Shown: piece by piece, positions 38,672-48,434 of the stretch
Position numbering within the stretch: position 1 is the stretch's first letter
How the letters are laid out: each line of letters begins with the position of its first letter
Source of the DNA: Escherichia coli
GTDB lineage: Bacteria > Pseudomonadota > Gammaproteobacteria > Enterobacterales > Enterobacteriaceae
DNA: 64,000 nucleotides
Reading direction: 5' to 3' (one strand)
Assembly: GCF_003334385.1 (NCBI RefSeq)
Contig: NZ_QOWN01000008.1
Program-made: the position numbers and the translations under genes
The notes under the pieces: generated by a model
Database searches by the model: none
What the model was told of the DNA's origin: nothing
The model's input: only the letters and a program-made list of their open reading frames with translations

Positions 38672-39967
38672 CTATTCCATTTGTAATAAAGTACGCAGCC
38701 CTGCCGCTTTGTTGTCGATTTCCTGCCACTCTTGCTCGGGGTCGGAACCACGGACAATGCCCGCGCCAGCATATAATCGCACGACATTGCCGCTAATTTT
38801 TGCTGAGCGCAGGGAAACGCAGAATTCGCTTTGTTGTAATGAGAGATAGCCCGCAGAACCGGCGTACCATTCTCGGGTGAACGGTTCGTGACGGGCGATA
38901 AACTGTCGCGCCAGATCGCGCGGTAAGCCAGCAACTGCTGCCGTTGGCTGCAACTGATGTAAACAGATCACATCATCCGCTTTGTTGAGTGAAGTCCAGA
39001 TACAGCGGCGAAGATGCTGCACTTTACGCAGACGCAGTACCTGCGGCGGTAAAACATCCAGCGTCTGGGTATCGGCCTGTAATCGTTGACAGATATCTTC
39101 CACCACCAGCATGTTCTCGCGCTGGTTTTTATCATCCGCCATCAGCCACTCTCCTAACTGCTGCGCCTGCTTATCATCAGGATTATTTGCTACTGTTCCC
39201 GCCAGCGCTTCAGTACGCAGCGCTTTGTCACGCCGCCGCCATAACCGTTCCGGTGAAGAGCCAAGAAAAGCATTTTCGCCATCAAAGGCCATGTAAAAAT
39301 GGTAGCAATTCAGATTCAGTCGACGACTGGCAGCCATCATCGCCGCCGCGTTGACCGGACTTGCGAAATGCAGGTCAGTTGCCCGAGCGAGCACCACTTT
39401 GTCGAGCTCACCTTCGGCGATGGTTTTCGTTGCCAGTTCGATTAATTGCGTCCAGCCCGTTTTGTCCGGCCAGTGTTGTTCTCGCGTGGTGGTTAAATGT
39501 AACCCAGGCAAGGGCTTGATACTCACCAGTGTGGCGATAAATTCTTTTGCCTGAATCGCATCGTGCTGAAGGGAGCTTTCGCTGAATAGCGTCAGCCGCA
39601 GCGTGGCTTTACCGCCACAGCGTCGCCATTCCAGGCGGGGTAAAAGTAAATTGCCCTGCGACGGGTCAAAAGCATTCAGCCCCCAAATGCGTAAGTCGGC
39701 GTGTTCCGGGTGCTGGCGAAGAAAACGTTGTGCCTGGTCCAACGACGTAAAACGGGTAATCGCGCCCAGGACGACAGCTTCTTCATCACCATTACGTTGT
39801 TGCCAGTAGAATTGCGGGTATGTTTGCTGACTGGCCAGCCAGCTCAAGGCATCAAAAGCGTCTTTGAGAGGGAAAGGAATATCGATAACCCGAATGCCGG
39901 GTGTCGCCGGAATCTCTTGCGACAAATGGCGCAGTAGATTTTCCAGCGCCGTAGTAAGTGATTGCAC
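38672..39967 (-). CDS. menF: Isochorismate synthase of menaquinone biosynthesis (431 aa)
   Basis: ORF 38672..39967; chorismate-binding-enzyme C-terminal domain. Confidence 0.94.
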   Translation of the reverse strand: MQSLTTALENLLRHLSQEIPATPGIRVIDIPFPLKDAFDALSWLASQQTYPQFYWQQRNGDEEAVVLGAITRFTSLDQAQRFLRQHPEHADLRIWGLNAFDPSQGNLLLPRLEWRRCGGKATLRLTLFSESSLQHDAIQAKEFIATLVSIKPLPGLHLTTTREQHWPDKTGWTQLIELATKTIAEGELDKVVLARATDLHFASPVNAAAMMAASRRLNLNCYHFYMAFDGENAFLGSSPERLWRRRDKALRTEALAGTVANNPDDKQAQQLGEWLMADDKNQRENMLVVEDICQRLQADTQTLDVLPPQVLRLRKVQHLRRCIWTSLNKADDVICLHQLQPTAAVAGLPRDLARQFIARHEPFTREWYAGSAGYLSLQQSEFCVSLRSAKISGNVVRLYAGAGIVRGSDPEQEWQEIDNKAAGLRTLLQME

Positions 39968-40045
39968 GCGGACCTCTCCCTGTTAAAAGCCTCACATTAT
40001 ACGGGGTACTACAAAAAAAATGCAGTACCCCGGTGTAGGGAGGTT

Positions 40046-40351
40046 TTAACGGCGTGCCAGCAACAGTCCTAGTACCAGCCCAACGGCCGCGCCCACACCA
40101 ATTCCTTGCCAGGGTTTTTCGTGGACGTAGTCATCAGCACGATAAACTGCCTGCTTCGCCCGATAGTAATAACTGTCTGAAGCCTGGCTAACCCGTTTTT
40201 TCACATCATCCAGCGCTTTTTCTGCACGCGCTTTCAGCTCAACATATTTCTGATCGGCGGGATCGCCAGAGGAGCGGAGCACCTCTTCCAGTGTTTCACT
40301 AAGCAGCGTCAGGTCGTCATCGATACGTGTATCACCAAACTGATTAGACAT
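40046..40351 (-). CDS. elaB: Ribosome/membrane-associated tail-anchored stress protein ElaB (DUF883 family, 101 aa)
   Basis: ORF 40046..40351; C-terminal transmembrane anchor GIGVGAAVGLVLGLLLARR. Confidence 0.9.
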   Translation of the reverse strand: MSNQFGDTRIDDDLTLLSETLEEVLRSSGDPADQKYVELKARAEKALDDVKKRVSQASDSYYYRAKQAVYRADDYVHEKPWQGIGVGAAVGLVLGLLLARR

Positions 40352-40405
40352 TCTCGTTCTCCATTTGCGTAAAACCTGTCACTAACTATAGACAAGGGTT
40401 GTTGA

Positions 40406-40867
40406 TTACGCCTGAATTACCTCGCGTGCCATCCCAATGTGTGGGATACCATCTTCTTCATAGACCTCCGTCACAGGGATAAAACCGAAACTCTGGTAGA
40501 AGTTTTGCAGATGCGCCTGCGCCCCGAGGTAAACAGGCTTATCAGGCCAGTGATGCGTACATGTTTCGAGTGTTTTACTCATCAGCTGCTGCCCCACTTT
40601 TTCGCCACGCAACGCTTCACTGACAATCACCCGACCTATAACGACCGGCTCAAGATCATCATCACTTTTCAGAATCCTCGCATACGCCACCAGTTCATCA
40701 TTTTTCCAACCGAGAATATGGCGATTATCCCCCGTCAAATCATCACCATCGATATCCTGATAAGGGCAATTCTGCTCGACAACAAACACCGCGCAACGCA
40801 GTTGTAATAAGGCATAAAGCTGGGAAACCGATAATTCAGAGTGATGCAGATCTTGCCATTCAATCAT
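40406..40867 (-). CDS. elaA: GNAT-family N-acetyltransferase ElaA (153 aa)
   Basis: ORF 40406..40867; translation matches recalled ElaA. Confidence 0.9.
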   Translation of the reverse strand: MIEWQDLHHSELSVSQLYALLQLRCAVFVVEQNCPYQDIDGDDLTGDNRHILGWKNDELVAYARILKSDDDLEPVVIGRVIVSEALRGEKVGQQLMSKTLETCTHHWPDKPVYLGAQAHLQNFYQSFGFIPVTEVYEEDGIPHIGMAREVIQA

Positions 40868-40931
40868 AATGCTCTCCTTTTAGATGTATGCCTTATACTA
40901 GCCGGAATATTTTTTGAAACGTGATGAACTC

Positions 40932-41849
40932 ATGGAATTAATTTTTTTAGGTACTTCAGCCGGTGTGCCAACCCGCACGCGCAATGTCACGGCAATATTG
41001 CTTAACCTGCAACATCCGACCCAGAGCGGACTTTGGTTGTTTGACTGCGGTGAAGGCACCCAGCATCAGCTACTGCATACCGCCTTTAACCCTGGAAAAC
41101 TGGACAAGATTTTTATCAGTCACCTTCATGGCGATCATCTTTTTGGTTTACCCGGCTTGCTGTGCAGTCGTTCTATGTCAGGCATTATCCAACCCTTAAC
41201 GATTTATGGTCCGCAAGGTATCCGTGAATTTGTGGAAACCGCGCTGCGGATTAGCGGCTCATGGACCGATTATCCGCTGGAAATTGTCGAAATTGGCGCT
41301 GGCGAAATTCTCGATGATGGCCTGCGCAAAGTAACCGCTTATCCGCTGGAACACCCACTGGAATGTTATGGCTATCGTATTGAAGAACATGATAAACCGG
41401 GTGCATTAAATGCCCAGGCATTAAAAGCTGCTGGCGTGCCGCCTGGCCCACTGTTTCAGGAATTAAAAGCGGGCAAAACAATCACGCTGGAAGATGGAAG
41501 GCAGATTAACGGCGCAGATTACTTAGCTGCTCCAGTGCCAGGTAAAGCGCTCGCTATTTTCGGCGATACCGGCCCCTGCGATGCCGCACTTGACCTGGCT
41601 AAAGGTGTCGATGTCATGGTGCACGAAGCGACGCTGGATATAACCATGGAAGCCAAAGCCAATAGTCGCGGCCATAGCTCTACACGCCAGGCTGCGACAC
41701 TAGCCCGTGAGGCTGGAGTCGGCAAGCTAATCATTACCCACGTCAGCTCGCGCTATGATGACAAAGGTTGTCAGCACCTGTTACGTGAATGCAGGTCAAT
41801 TTTCCCGGCGACTGAACTGGCGAATGATTTCACCGTGTTTAACGTTTAA
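40932..41849 (+). CDS. rbn: RNase BN / RNase Z (metallo-beta-lactamase fold tRNA 3'-processing nuclease, 305 aa)
   Basis: Start ATG at 40932 ([24 protein letters not shown]...); the ORF track starts 6 codons upstream at 40914. Zinc-binding motif HLHGDH. Confidence 0.92.
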
Positions 41850-41866
41850 CTCTGCTTATTATTAAA

Positions 41867-41889
41867 AACAGGGCGAAACTTGCCCTGTT
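41867..41889. terminator. Hairpin aacagggcgaaacttgccctgtt downstream of rbn, with the T-run (TTTTT) on the minus-strand side
   Basis: 9-bp perfect stem with 5-nt loop; the plus strand is followed only by ttat, whereas the reverse complement is followed by tttttaataataa. Confidence 0.45.
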
Positions 41890-42036
41890 ATCGCAACCCG
41901 CGCTACATATATCCACCCACACAGGCATATTGAGCGATTTTTGATATTTATTCATCTCCTTACGCACTATATTCAGAGCAATAAGTTGCCTCTTTTCATC
42001 TTGATTCAGCACAACCTTTGCAACTAAAAGGAGCCC

Positions 42037-43246
42037 ATGATGGTTACAGTTGTCAGCAATTATTGTCAATTATCTCAAACGCAACTCAGTCAGACATTTG
42101 CAGAAAAATTTACTGTGACCGAGGAATTACTGCAGTCTTTAAAAAAAACAGCGTTATCCGGAGATGAAGAAAGCATTGAGTTACTGCATAATATTGCGTT
42201 AGGTTATGATAAATTTGGGAAAGAAGCTGAAGATATTCTTTACCATATTGTTAGAACCCCAACAAATGAGACCCTATCGATTATCCGACTTATCAAAAAT
42301 GCTTGTTTAAAATTATATAATCTGGCACATATCGCAACCAACTCCCCCCTCAAATCACATGATTCAGATGATCTCCTGTTCAAAAAACTATTCTCCCCTT
42401 CGAAATTAATGACAATTATCGGTGATGAAATTCCTCTTATATCTGAAAAACAGTCGCTTTCAAAGGTGCTTTTAAATGATGAGAATAATGAACTGAGTGA
42501 TGGTACAAACTTCTGGGATAAAAATCGTCAATTAACCACAGATGAAATAGCTTGCTATCTTCAGAAGATCGCCGCTAATGCAAAAAATACTCAAGTCAAT
42601 TATCCTACTGGTCTCTACGTCCCCTACTCCACCAGAACTCACCTGGAAGACGCTCTCAATGAAAATATTAAGAGCGATCCATCATGGCCGAATGAAGTCC
42701 AGTTATTCCCCATAAATACTGGCGGACACTGGATATTAGTTTCGCTACAGAAAATAGTAAATAAAAAAATAATAAACTACAAATAAAATGCGTCATATTC
42801 AACTCATTGCGTGCACTAGGCTATGATAAAGAAAATTCACTTAAGCGTGTCATTAATAGTTTTAATTCTGAACTCATGGGAGAAATGTCGAATAATAATA
42901 TAAAAGTTCATTTAAATGAACCAGAGATAATATTTTTACATGCCGATCTTCAGCAATACTTAAGCCAAAGTTGCGGTGCATTTGTGTGCATGGCAGCCCA
43001 GGAAGTGATTGAACAAAGGGAAAGCAATTCTGACAGCGCCCCCTATACGTTATTAAAAACTATGCTGACAGATTTAAAAAATATTCAGCAGAAGAGCAGT
43101 ACGAAATTGATTTTCAACATCGACTGGCAAACAGAAATTGTTATTTAGATAAATATGGCGATGCAAATATCAATCATTATTATAGAAACTTAGAAATAAA
43201 ACACTCACAACCCAAAAATAGAGCATCCGGCAAAAGAGTGAGTTAA
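42037..43246 (+). pseudogene. elaD: elaD-like CE-clan (Ulp1/SseL-type) deubiquitinase gene, interrupted by two apparent -1 frameshifts in A-homopolymers
   Basis: Three consecutive open segments in frames 1, 0 and 2: 42037..42786 (ORF track, 249 aa), 42807..43148 (ORF track, 113 aa; frame open from 42765), and 43034..43246 (my own translation, ...[54 protein letters not shown]). Frame changes coincide with A7 (42763-42769) and A6 (43076-43081). Adding one A at each restores a single 1212-nt, 403-codon ORF, the length I recall for K-12 ElaD. Confidence 0.7.
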
Positions 43247-43316
43247 CATCATTGTTAATTAATTCGACCAGTCAGCAAATATGCTGACTGGTCGAACATA
43301 GTTTGCTAAACAGTCA

Positions 43317-45044
43317 TCACTGACTGATGTCAGTCACACCATCCGCCAGTTCAATCAGGCGAATAAATTCCGCCCTGTAACCCTGTGGATCTTCCCCTTT
43401 TGCCTGCTGAGCCCACTGTTTGATCTGCTGCCAGGAGGTATTGTTCAGGTATTCAGAACCGCGTAACTTTTGCCCATATGCAGCTACTGCTGCGCGAAAA
43501 CGCATATCTTCAGAGGGCGCGTTTATTGTTGGCCCCAGCGGGAATTCAACTAACTGACTTTCTTTTCCCTGCGGGTATTTCCAGCGAATTTTTAACCAGG
43601 CCAGTTCTTTCGTTTTGTCCGATTTCGCTAATTTGTTATCCGGGGCATAGCGTAACTTATCAATTGATGCTTTTTGCCCGTTCAGCGTTAATTCGAATAA
43701 CAACGTTATATGTTTGCCTGCGCCTATATCCCCTGCATCAACGTTGTCGTTATTAAAATGTTCCACCCGAAGTTGGCGCTTTTCATAACCAATCTGACGG
43801 TATTCCGTTACCCACGCGGGGTTAAACTCAATTTGCGCTTTGACATCTTTTGCTACGGTAATCAACATCTGCCGCATTTCACTATTCAATACTTTCTGCG
43901 CTTCAGAGAGGGTATCAATGTAGCTGTAGTTGCCGTTACCAACATCGGCAATTCGCACCATCATTGCCTCGTTGTAATTGCTATTCCCCACGCCAAACGT
44001 CGACAGAGTAACACCAGACTCCCGCTGTTTTTTGACCATTGATTCAATCGATTTTGGATCGTCAATGCCAACGTTAAAGTCACCGTCAGTGGCTAATAAA
44101 ATGCGATTGATGCCGCCCTTAATAAACCCCTTCGTCGCCTGCTGATAAGCCAGTTCCAGCCCGGCACCGCCATTGGTACTGCCTTCGGCATCCAGCGAAT
44201 CAATTGCGGCATTAATTTCCGCCTTATGACTCCCGGAGATAGAAGGCAATGCAATACGGGAGTCGCCAGCGTAGGTCACGATGGCAATGTTATCCTGCTC
44301 ACGAAGTTCTTTGACCAATAATTTCAACGAAGACTGGATAAGTGGCAAACGTTCATCAGAAATCATTGAACCAGAAGTGTCGATAAGAAAGACCAGATTA
44401 GAAGCTGGTAACTCTTCACTTTTGCGATCTTTCGCCAGGATATCAACTTTCAGCAATGTTCGCTGTTCATTCCATGGTGCAGGTGCCAATTCGTAGCGCA
44501 TAGCGAAAGGTATTGGCTTAGAGGCCGGAATAGATTGTTTGTCTTTGATATCCCAATCAGACGGGAAATAATTGACTATCTCCTCCACCCGCACAGCGTC
44601 TGGCGGAGGTAACAGCCCTTGATTGAGGAAACGCCTTACATTCGCATAACTGCCAGTGTCAACGTCAAGACTAAACGTCGCCAACGGATTTTGCGCTACC
44701 TGCTTAACCGGATTATCATCGAACTGCTGGTAGCGAGCGGTTCCTGGATTTGCGATATGTGTAGCTTTTGCTTTAGCCGCTCTTGCAAATGTTGGCGCTT
44801 CCTGCAATCGCCCCTGTAAAGCCTGTTTGTCTGAATATTGTTGCACTTCTTGCTGGGCCAAGGCTTTCGCGGCGGCGGCGCTTTGCTCAGCCTCTTTTAT
44901 TGCAGCTTGCTGCGCGGCAAGCACTTGCTGCTCTGTGGGAGTACTGGGTTGTTGTTGCTGACTTTCCTTATTCTCAGGTTGCGGCCCACATCCTGACAAA
45001 ATCAAACTACTCATAAGCAACATGATTATATTTTTATTTCGCAT
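43317..45044 (-). CDS. yfbK: Lipoprotein with von Willebrand factor type A (vWA) domain, YfbK (575 aa)
   Basis: ORF 43317..45044; lipobox LILSGC at the N-terminus; Gln/Ala-rich low-complexity linker; vWA MIDAS motif in ...NLVFLIDTSGSM... Confidence 0.9.
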   Translation of the reverse strand: MRNKNIIMLLMSSLILSGCGPQPENKESQQQQPSTPTEQQVLAAQQAAIKEAEQSAAAAKALAQQEVQQYSDKQALQGRLQEAPTFARAAKAKATHIANPGTARYQQFDDNPVKQVAQNPLATFSLDVDTGSYANVRRFLNQGLLPPPDAVRVEEIVNYFPSDWDIKDKQSIPASKPIPFAMRYELAPAPWNEQRTLLKVDILAKDRKSEELPASNLVFLIDTSGSMISDERLPLIQSSLKLLVKELREQDNIAIVTYAGDSRIALPSISGSHKAEINAAIDSLDAEGSTNGGAGLELAYQQATKGFIKGGINRILLATDGDFNVGIDDPKSIESMVKKQRESGVTLSTFGVGNSNYNEAMMVRIADVGNGNYSYIDTLSEAQKVLNSEMRQMLITVAKDVKAQIEFNPAWVTEYRQIGYEKRQLRVEHFNNDNVDAGDIGAGKHITLLFELTLNGQKASIDKLRYAPDNKLAKSDKTKELAWLKIRWKYPQGKESQLVEFPLGPTINAPSEDMRFRAAVAAYGQKLRGSEYLNNTSWQQIKQWAQQAKGEDPQGYRAEFIRLIELADGVTDISQ

Positions 45045-45181
45045 ATAAAATCCTTTTAAATAAACTCAGGCACCAGACATAAAATATACTCTTTGTATAA
45101 TCCTGCTAATCTTAATAAAATACAATATCGAAACCCATAGCAAATAATGATTCAACAACGCAACCCATTAATAATTTGCAT

Positions 45182-46153
45182 ATGAAAAAAATAATCTTTG
45201 CTTTTATTATATTATTTGTGTTTTTACTCCCTATGATTATTTTTTACCAACCCTGGGTCAATGCATTACCGTCAACGCCCCGACACGCAAGTCCTGAGCA
45301 ATTAGAAAAAACAGTTCGTTATCTTACACAAACTGTGCATCCACGTAGTGCCGACAATATTGATAATCTGAATAGGTCCGCAGAATATATAAAAGAGGTC
45401 TTTGTCAGTAGCGGTGCCAGAGTTACCTCGCAGGACGTCCCCATTACGGGTGGCCCCTACAAAAACATTGTTGCTGATTATGGTCCTGCCGATGGACCGC
45501 TGATTATTATTGGTGCGCATTATGACTCTGCCAGCAGTTATGAAAACGATCAATTGACCTATACGCCGGGCGCGGATGATAACGCCAGCGGTGTGGCAGG
45601 ATTACTCGAACTGGCACGTTTGTTACATCAGCAAGTACCGAAAACAGGCGTGCAGCTGGTCGCCTATGCGTCGGAAGAACCGCCCTTCTTTCGTAGCGAT
45701 GAAATGGGGAGCGCGGTGCATGCAGCTTCGCTTGAGCGTCCAGTGAAATTAATGATAGCACTGGAGATGATTGGCTATTACGACTCTGCGCCTGGAAGCC
45801 AGAATTACCCTTACCCGGCAATGTCCTGGCTTTATCCCGATCGGGGAGACTTTATTGCCGTGGTCGGCAGAATACAGGATATCAACGCCGTTCGTCAGGT
45901 AAAAGCGGCATTGTTGTCATCTCAGGATTTATCTGTTTATTCTATGAATACCCCAGGGTTTATTCCCGGTATTGATTTCTCTGACCACCTGAATTATTGG
46001 CAACACGATATTCCCGCCATAATGATTACTGACACCGCTTTTTATCGTAATAAACAATACCACTTGCCCGGTGATACCGCAGACAGATTGAATTATCAGA
46101 AAATGGCTCAGGTAGTGGATGGTGTTATAACTTTGTTATACAACAGTAAATAA
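45182..46153 (+). CDS. yfbL: M28-family (aminopeptidase-like) zinc peptidase YfbL (323 aa from this start)
   Basis: Start ATG at 45182 (MKKIIFAFIILFVFLLPMIIF...); the ORF track uses an ATG two codons upstream at 45176. M28-type motifs GAHYDS and DDNASG. Confidence 0.88.
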   Translation: MKKIIFAFIILFVFLLPMIIFYQPWVNALPSTPRHASPEQLEKTVRYLTQTVHPRSADNIDNLNRSAEYIKEVFVSSGARVTSQDVPITGGPYKNIVADYGPADGPLIIIGAHYDSASSYENDQLTYTPGADDNASGVAGLLELARLLHQQVPKTGVQLVAYASEEPPFFRSDEMGSAVHAASLERPVKLMIALEMIGYYDSAPGSQNYPYPAMSWLYPDRGDFIAVVGRIQDINAVRQVKAALLSSQDLSVYSMNTPGFIPGIDFSDHLNYWQHDIPAIMITDTAFYRNKQYHLPGDTADRLNYQKMAQVVDGVITLLYNSK

Positions 46154-46255
46154 TAAAAATTTCTCGAGGCGGGTCCAGAAAAAGCGACATGCACATTTTA
46201 TTTTCCCTCATCTGTTTTAAGATGCGAAACATGAAATTCAACGGAGGAAAAATAA

Positions 46256-46759
46256 ATGGGAATGATTGGCTATTTTGCAGAAATTGACTCAGAAAAGATT
46301 AACCAACTGCTTGAGTCTACTGAAAAACCTTTGATGGATAATATACATGACACGCTTTCAGGATTACGCCGGCTGGATATTGATAAACGCTGGGATTTTT
46401 TACACTTTGGGCTGACAGGCACCTCTGCTTTTGATCCCGCGAAGAATGATCCGCTGAGTCGTGCCGTGCTTGGTGAACACAGCCTCGAAGATGGCATAGA
46501 TGGCTTCCTTGGATTGACCTGGAATCAGGAGTTATCCGCGACAATCGACCGACTGGAATCACTGGATCGAAATGAACTGCGTAAACAGTTTTCCATTAAG
46601 CGACTCAATGAAATGGAGATTTATCCGGGAGTGACCTTTTCAGAAGAGTTAGAGGGGCAACTCTTTGCCTCGATCATGCTTGATATGGAAAAGCTGATTA
46701 GCGCGTATCGACGTATGCTGCGACAAGGGAATCATGCGCTGACGGTTATTGTTGGGTGA
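46256..46759 (+). CDS. yfbM: Uncharacterised protein YfbM (DUF1877-like, 167 aa)
   Basis: ORF 46256..46759; matches recalled YfbM; no signal peptide evident. Confidence 0.87.
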   Translation: MGMIGYFAEIDSEKINQLLESTEKPLMDNIHDTLSGLRRLDIDKRWDFLHFGLTGTSAFDPAKNDPLSRAVLGEHSLEDGIDGFLGLTWNQELSATIDRLESLDRNELRKQFSIKRLNEMEIYPGVTFSEELEGQLFASIMLDMEKLISAYRRMLRQGNHALTVIVG

Positions 46760-47031
46760 TATAGCTTGATGCCTGGGGGAGAAAGACCCATTAGTTAAGA
46801 TTTACGCCAGGATCATCTTGAAAAAATCTTTAACCATGGTCCGGTTTTTATCCCCTTGTATAAATATTACTAAATGCTTGCTTAGTCGCATTGTTAAATG
46901 CAATACCGTATATTCGGTATGTAACAGCGATATCCTCTGTGCTGGCAACGATCTGTCATGCTTGATGAAAACGGAATTGAACCTGTCATTACCAGGTAGA
47001 TAAAAAGCCTGTTCAATTTTGGGATTATTTT

Positions 47032-47748
47032 TTATAACTCGTGTCTGTTATGGCGACACGGGAAAACATCAATATTGTCCTTCACAAATTGCAGTAATAT
47101 AGAATCAACCTCTCTTGCAAGTTGGTCACAATGTATTATAAGCATTTTGAATATGTCATCCTCTGTAATCTCGTGAAAATTTTCGGCCTTGTCTTTTAGC
47201 TCATCATATCGGATTCTTGCAGTAACCATTTTTTGGGCGAGTTCTAATAACCCCAAAGCTTGCAATTGCTGGTGAGTATGATCACTTTCAAAAAATATCC
47301 CACACTCCATTCCTTCCCAACCAACATATTCATGCCATTCATAAACCAGCATAAATGTTTGTAAAACTGGCGGTAATAATTGGATATCTGCAAAACCAAA
47401 CCAAAACTTACGCTTGAGATCCCACTCATATTCAATCGCCAATGCTATATTGTTTAAGGCATCTCCGGCATCCTTATTTTTACGCAAAATCAATTCCGTC
47501 AGTGTATAGCGTTGTTCATCAATACGCCGAAGAGCTTCTGCAATATCATAGTTTGTAGCCAACAAAACATTCTCTGCTTCCTGATGAGTGACGTCTGCTT
47601 TTGCCGTCAATATATTGATTTGGTCAATATGAAACAACTTGATGGCTTCATCAACATCACCGCCAGTCCTCTCTAACAAACGTCTGGCAACCTGGATACC
47701 GACAGGTACGTTCTTCCGAAGTTTACGAATTTCACTTAACCATTCCAT
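47032..47748 (-). CDS. yfbN: Uncharacterised protein YfbN (238 aa) with two N-terminal UBA/TS-N-like helical motifs
   Basis: ORF 47032..47748; N-terminus VGIQVARRLLERTGGDVDEAIKLF resembles the EF-Ts N-terminal UBA-like (TS-N) motif; a second UBA-like stretch is THQEAENVLLATNYDIAEALRRI. Judged by eye. Confidence 0.85.
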   Translation of the reverse strand: MEWLSEIRKLRKNVPVGIQVARRLLERTGGDVDEAIKLFHIDQINILTAKADVTHQEAENVLLATNYDIAEALRRIDEQRYTLTELILRKNKDAGDALNNIALAIEYEWDLKRKFWFGFADIQLLPPVLQTFMLVYEWHEYVGWEGMECGIFFESDHTHQQLQALGLLELAQKMVTARIRYDELKDKAENFHEITEDDIFKMLIIHCDQLAREVDSILLQFVKDNIDVFPCRHNRHEL

Positions 47749-47902
47749 GTCAAACCCCTTTAAATATTTATGATATTAAATATAACAACGTCTGGATAAC
47801 GACCCGGCCTGACTGAATATCTCACGTTTTCCTGCTTAACATTCATGTTATGATGCTCTTGAAACTAATAATACGTATGGAATTGTCACTATTTATCTGC
47901 TA

Positions 47903-48379
47903 ATGAATTCAAACAATGTCATTCGTTTGATGAATATATTATTTCAGGGAATAATTATGACACCTTTAGAACGCATTACCCAACTTGTTAATATCAATGG
48001 TGATGTTAATAATCCTGATACTCCTCGTCCATTGTTATCTCTTGAGGATTTTTTTATTGACAATAATATCCATGGTTCAATATGTTGCAATGTGATTCCA
48101 GAACAATCTCCGCAAGCTATCTATCACCATTTTCTGAAAATACGTGAGCGTAACAATGTTAGTGATGTTTTGGTAGAAATTACGATGTTCGATGACCCAG
48201 ACTGGCCCTTTAGTGAAAGTATTTTAGTTATCACCACTGCTTCACCAGAAGAAGTTCAGAGCTGGTTTGTAGAAGAAATTGCCCCTGATGAGTGCTGGGA
48301 AGGATGGTCAGAAGATACGGAGCATGGATGGGTTGAAGTCCCTGTGGGTATGCATCCGGTTACTTGTTGGTGGGATTAA
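47903..48379 (+). CDS. yfbO: Uncharacterised protein YfbO (158 aa from 47903; 140 aa if started at the in-frame ATG at 47957)
   Basis: ORF 47903..48379; acidic, Trp-rich C-terminus (...ECWEGWSEDTEHGWVEVPVGMHPVTCWWD); start codon uncertain. Confidence 0.78.
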   Translation: MNSNNVIRLMNILFQGIIMTPLERITQLVNINGDVNNPDTPRPLLSLEDFFIDNNIHGSICCNVIPEQSPQAIYHHFLKIRERNNVSDVLVEITMFDDPDWPFSESILVITTASPEEVQSWFVEEIAPDECWEGWSEDTEHGWVEVPVGMHPVTCWWD

Positions 48380-48434
48380 AACATTTATATAAACAGATAA
48401 GCGGATGTTTACATAAATTTTTATGTGAAGGAAC

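Noticed and set aside
38584-38934. Upstream in-frame extension of menD (ORF track 36913..38934) overlapping menF
   Set aside because: The recalled MenD N-terminus ([10 protein letters not shown]...) starts at the ATG at 38583; the extension would overlap the menF 3' end and encodes non-conserved sequence.
39994-40031. Hairpin ggggtact-(A8 loop)-agtacccc between menF and elaB as a terminator
   Set aside because: The T/A run lies in the loop rather than 3' of the stem on either strand, so it does not fit an intrinsic terminator; function unclear.
46818-47003. 61-aa ORF in the yfbM-yfbN intergenic region
   Set aside because: No ribosome-binding site, Cys-rich low-complexity translation, lies in AT-rich spacer; more likely promoter or terminator sequence.
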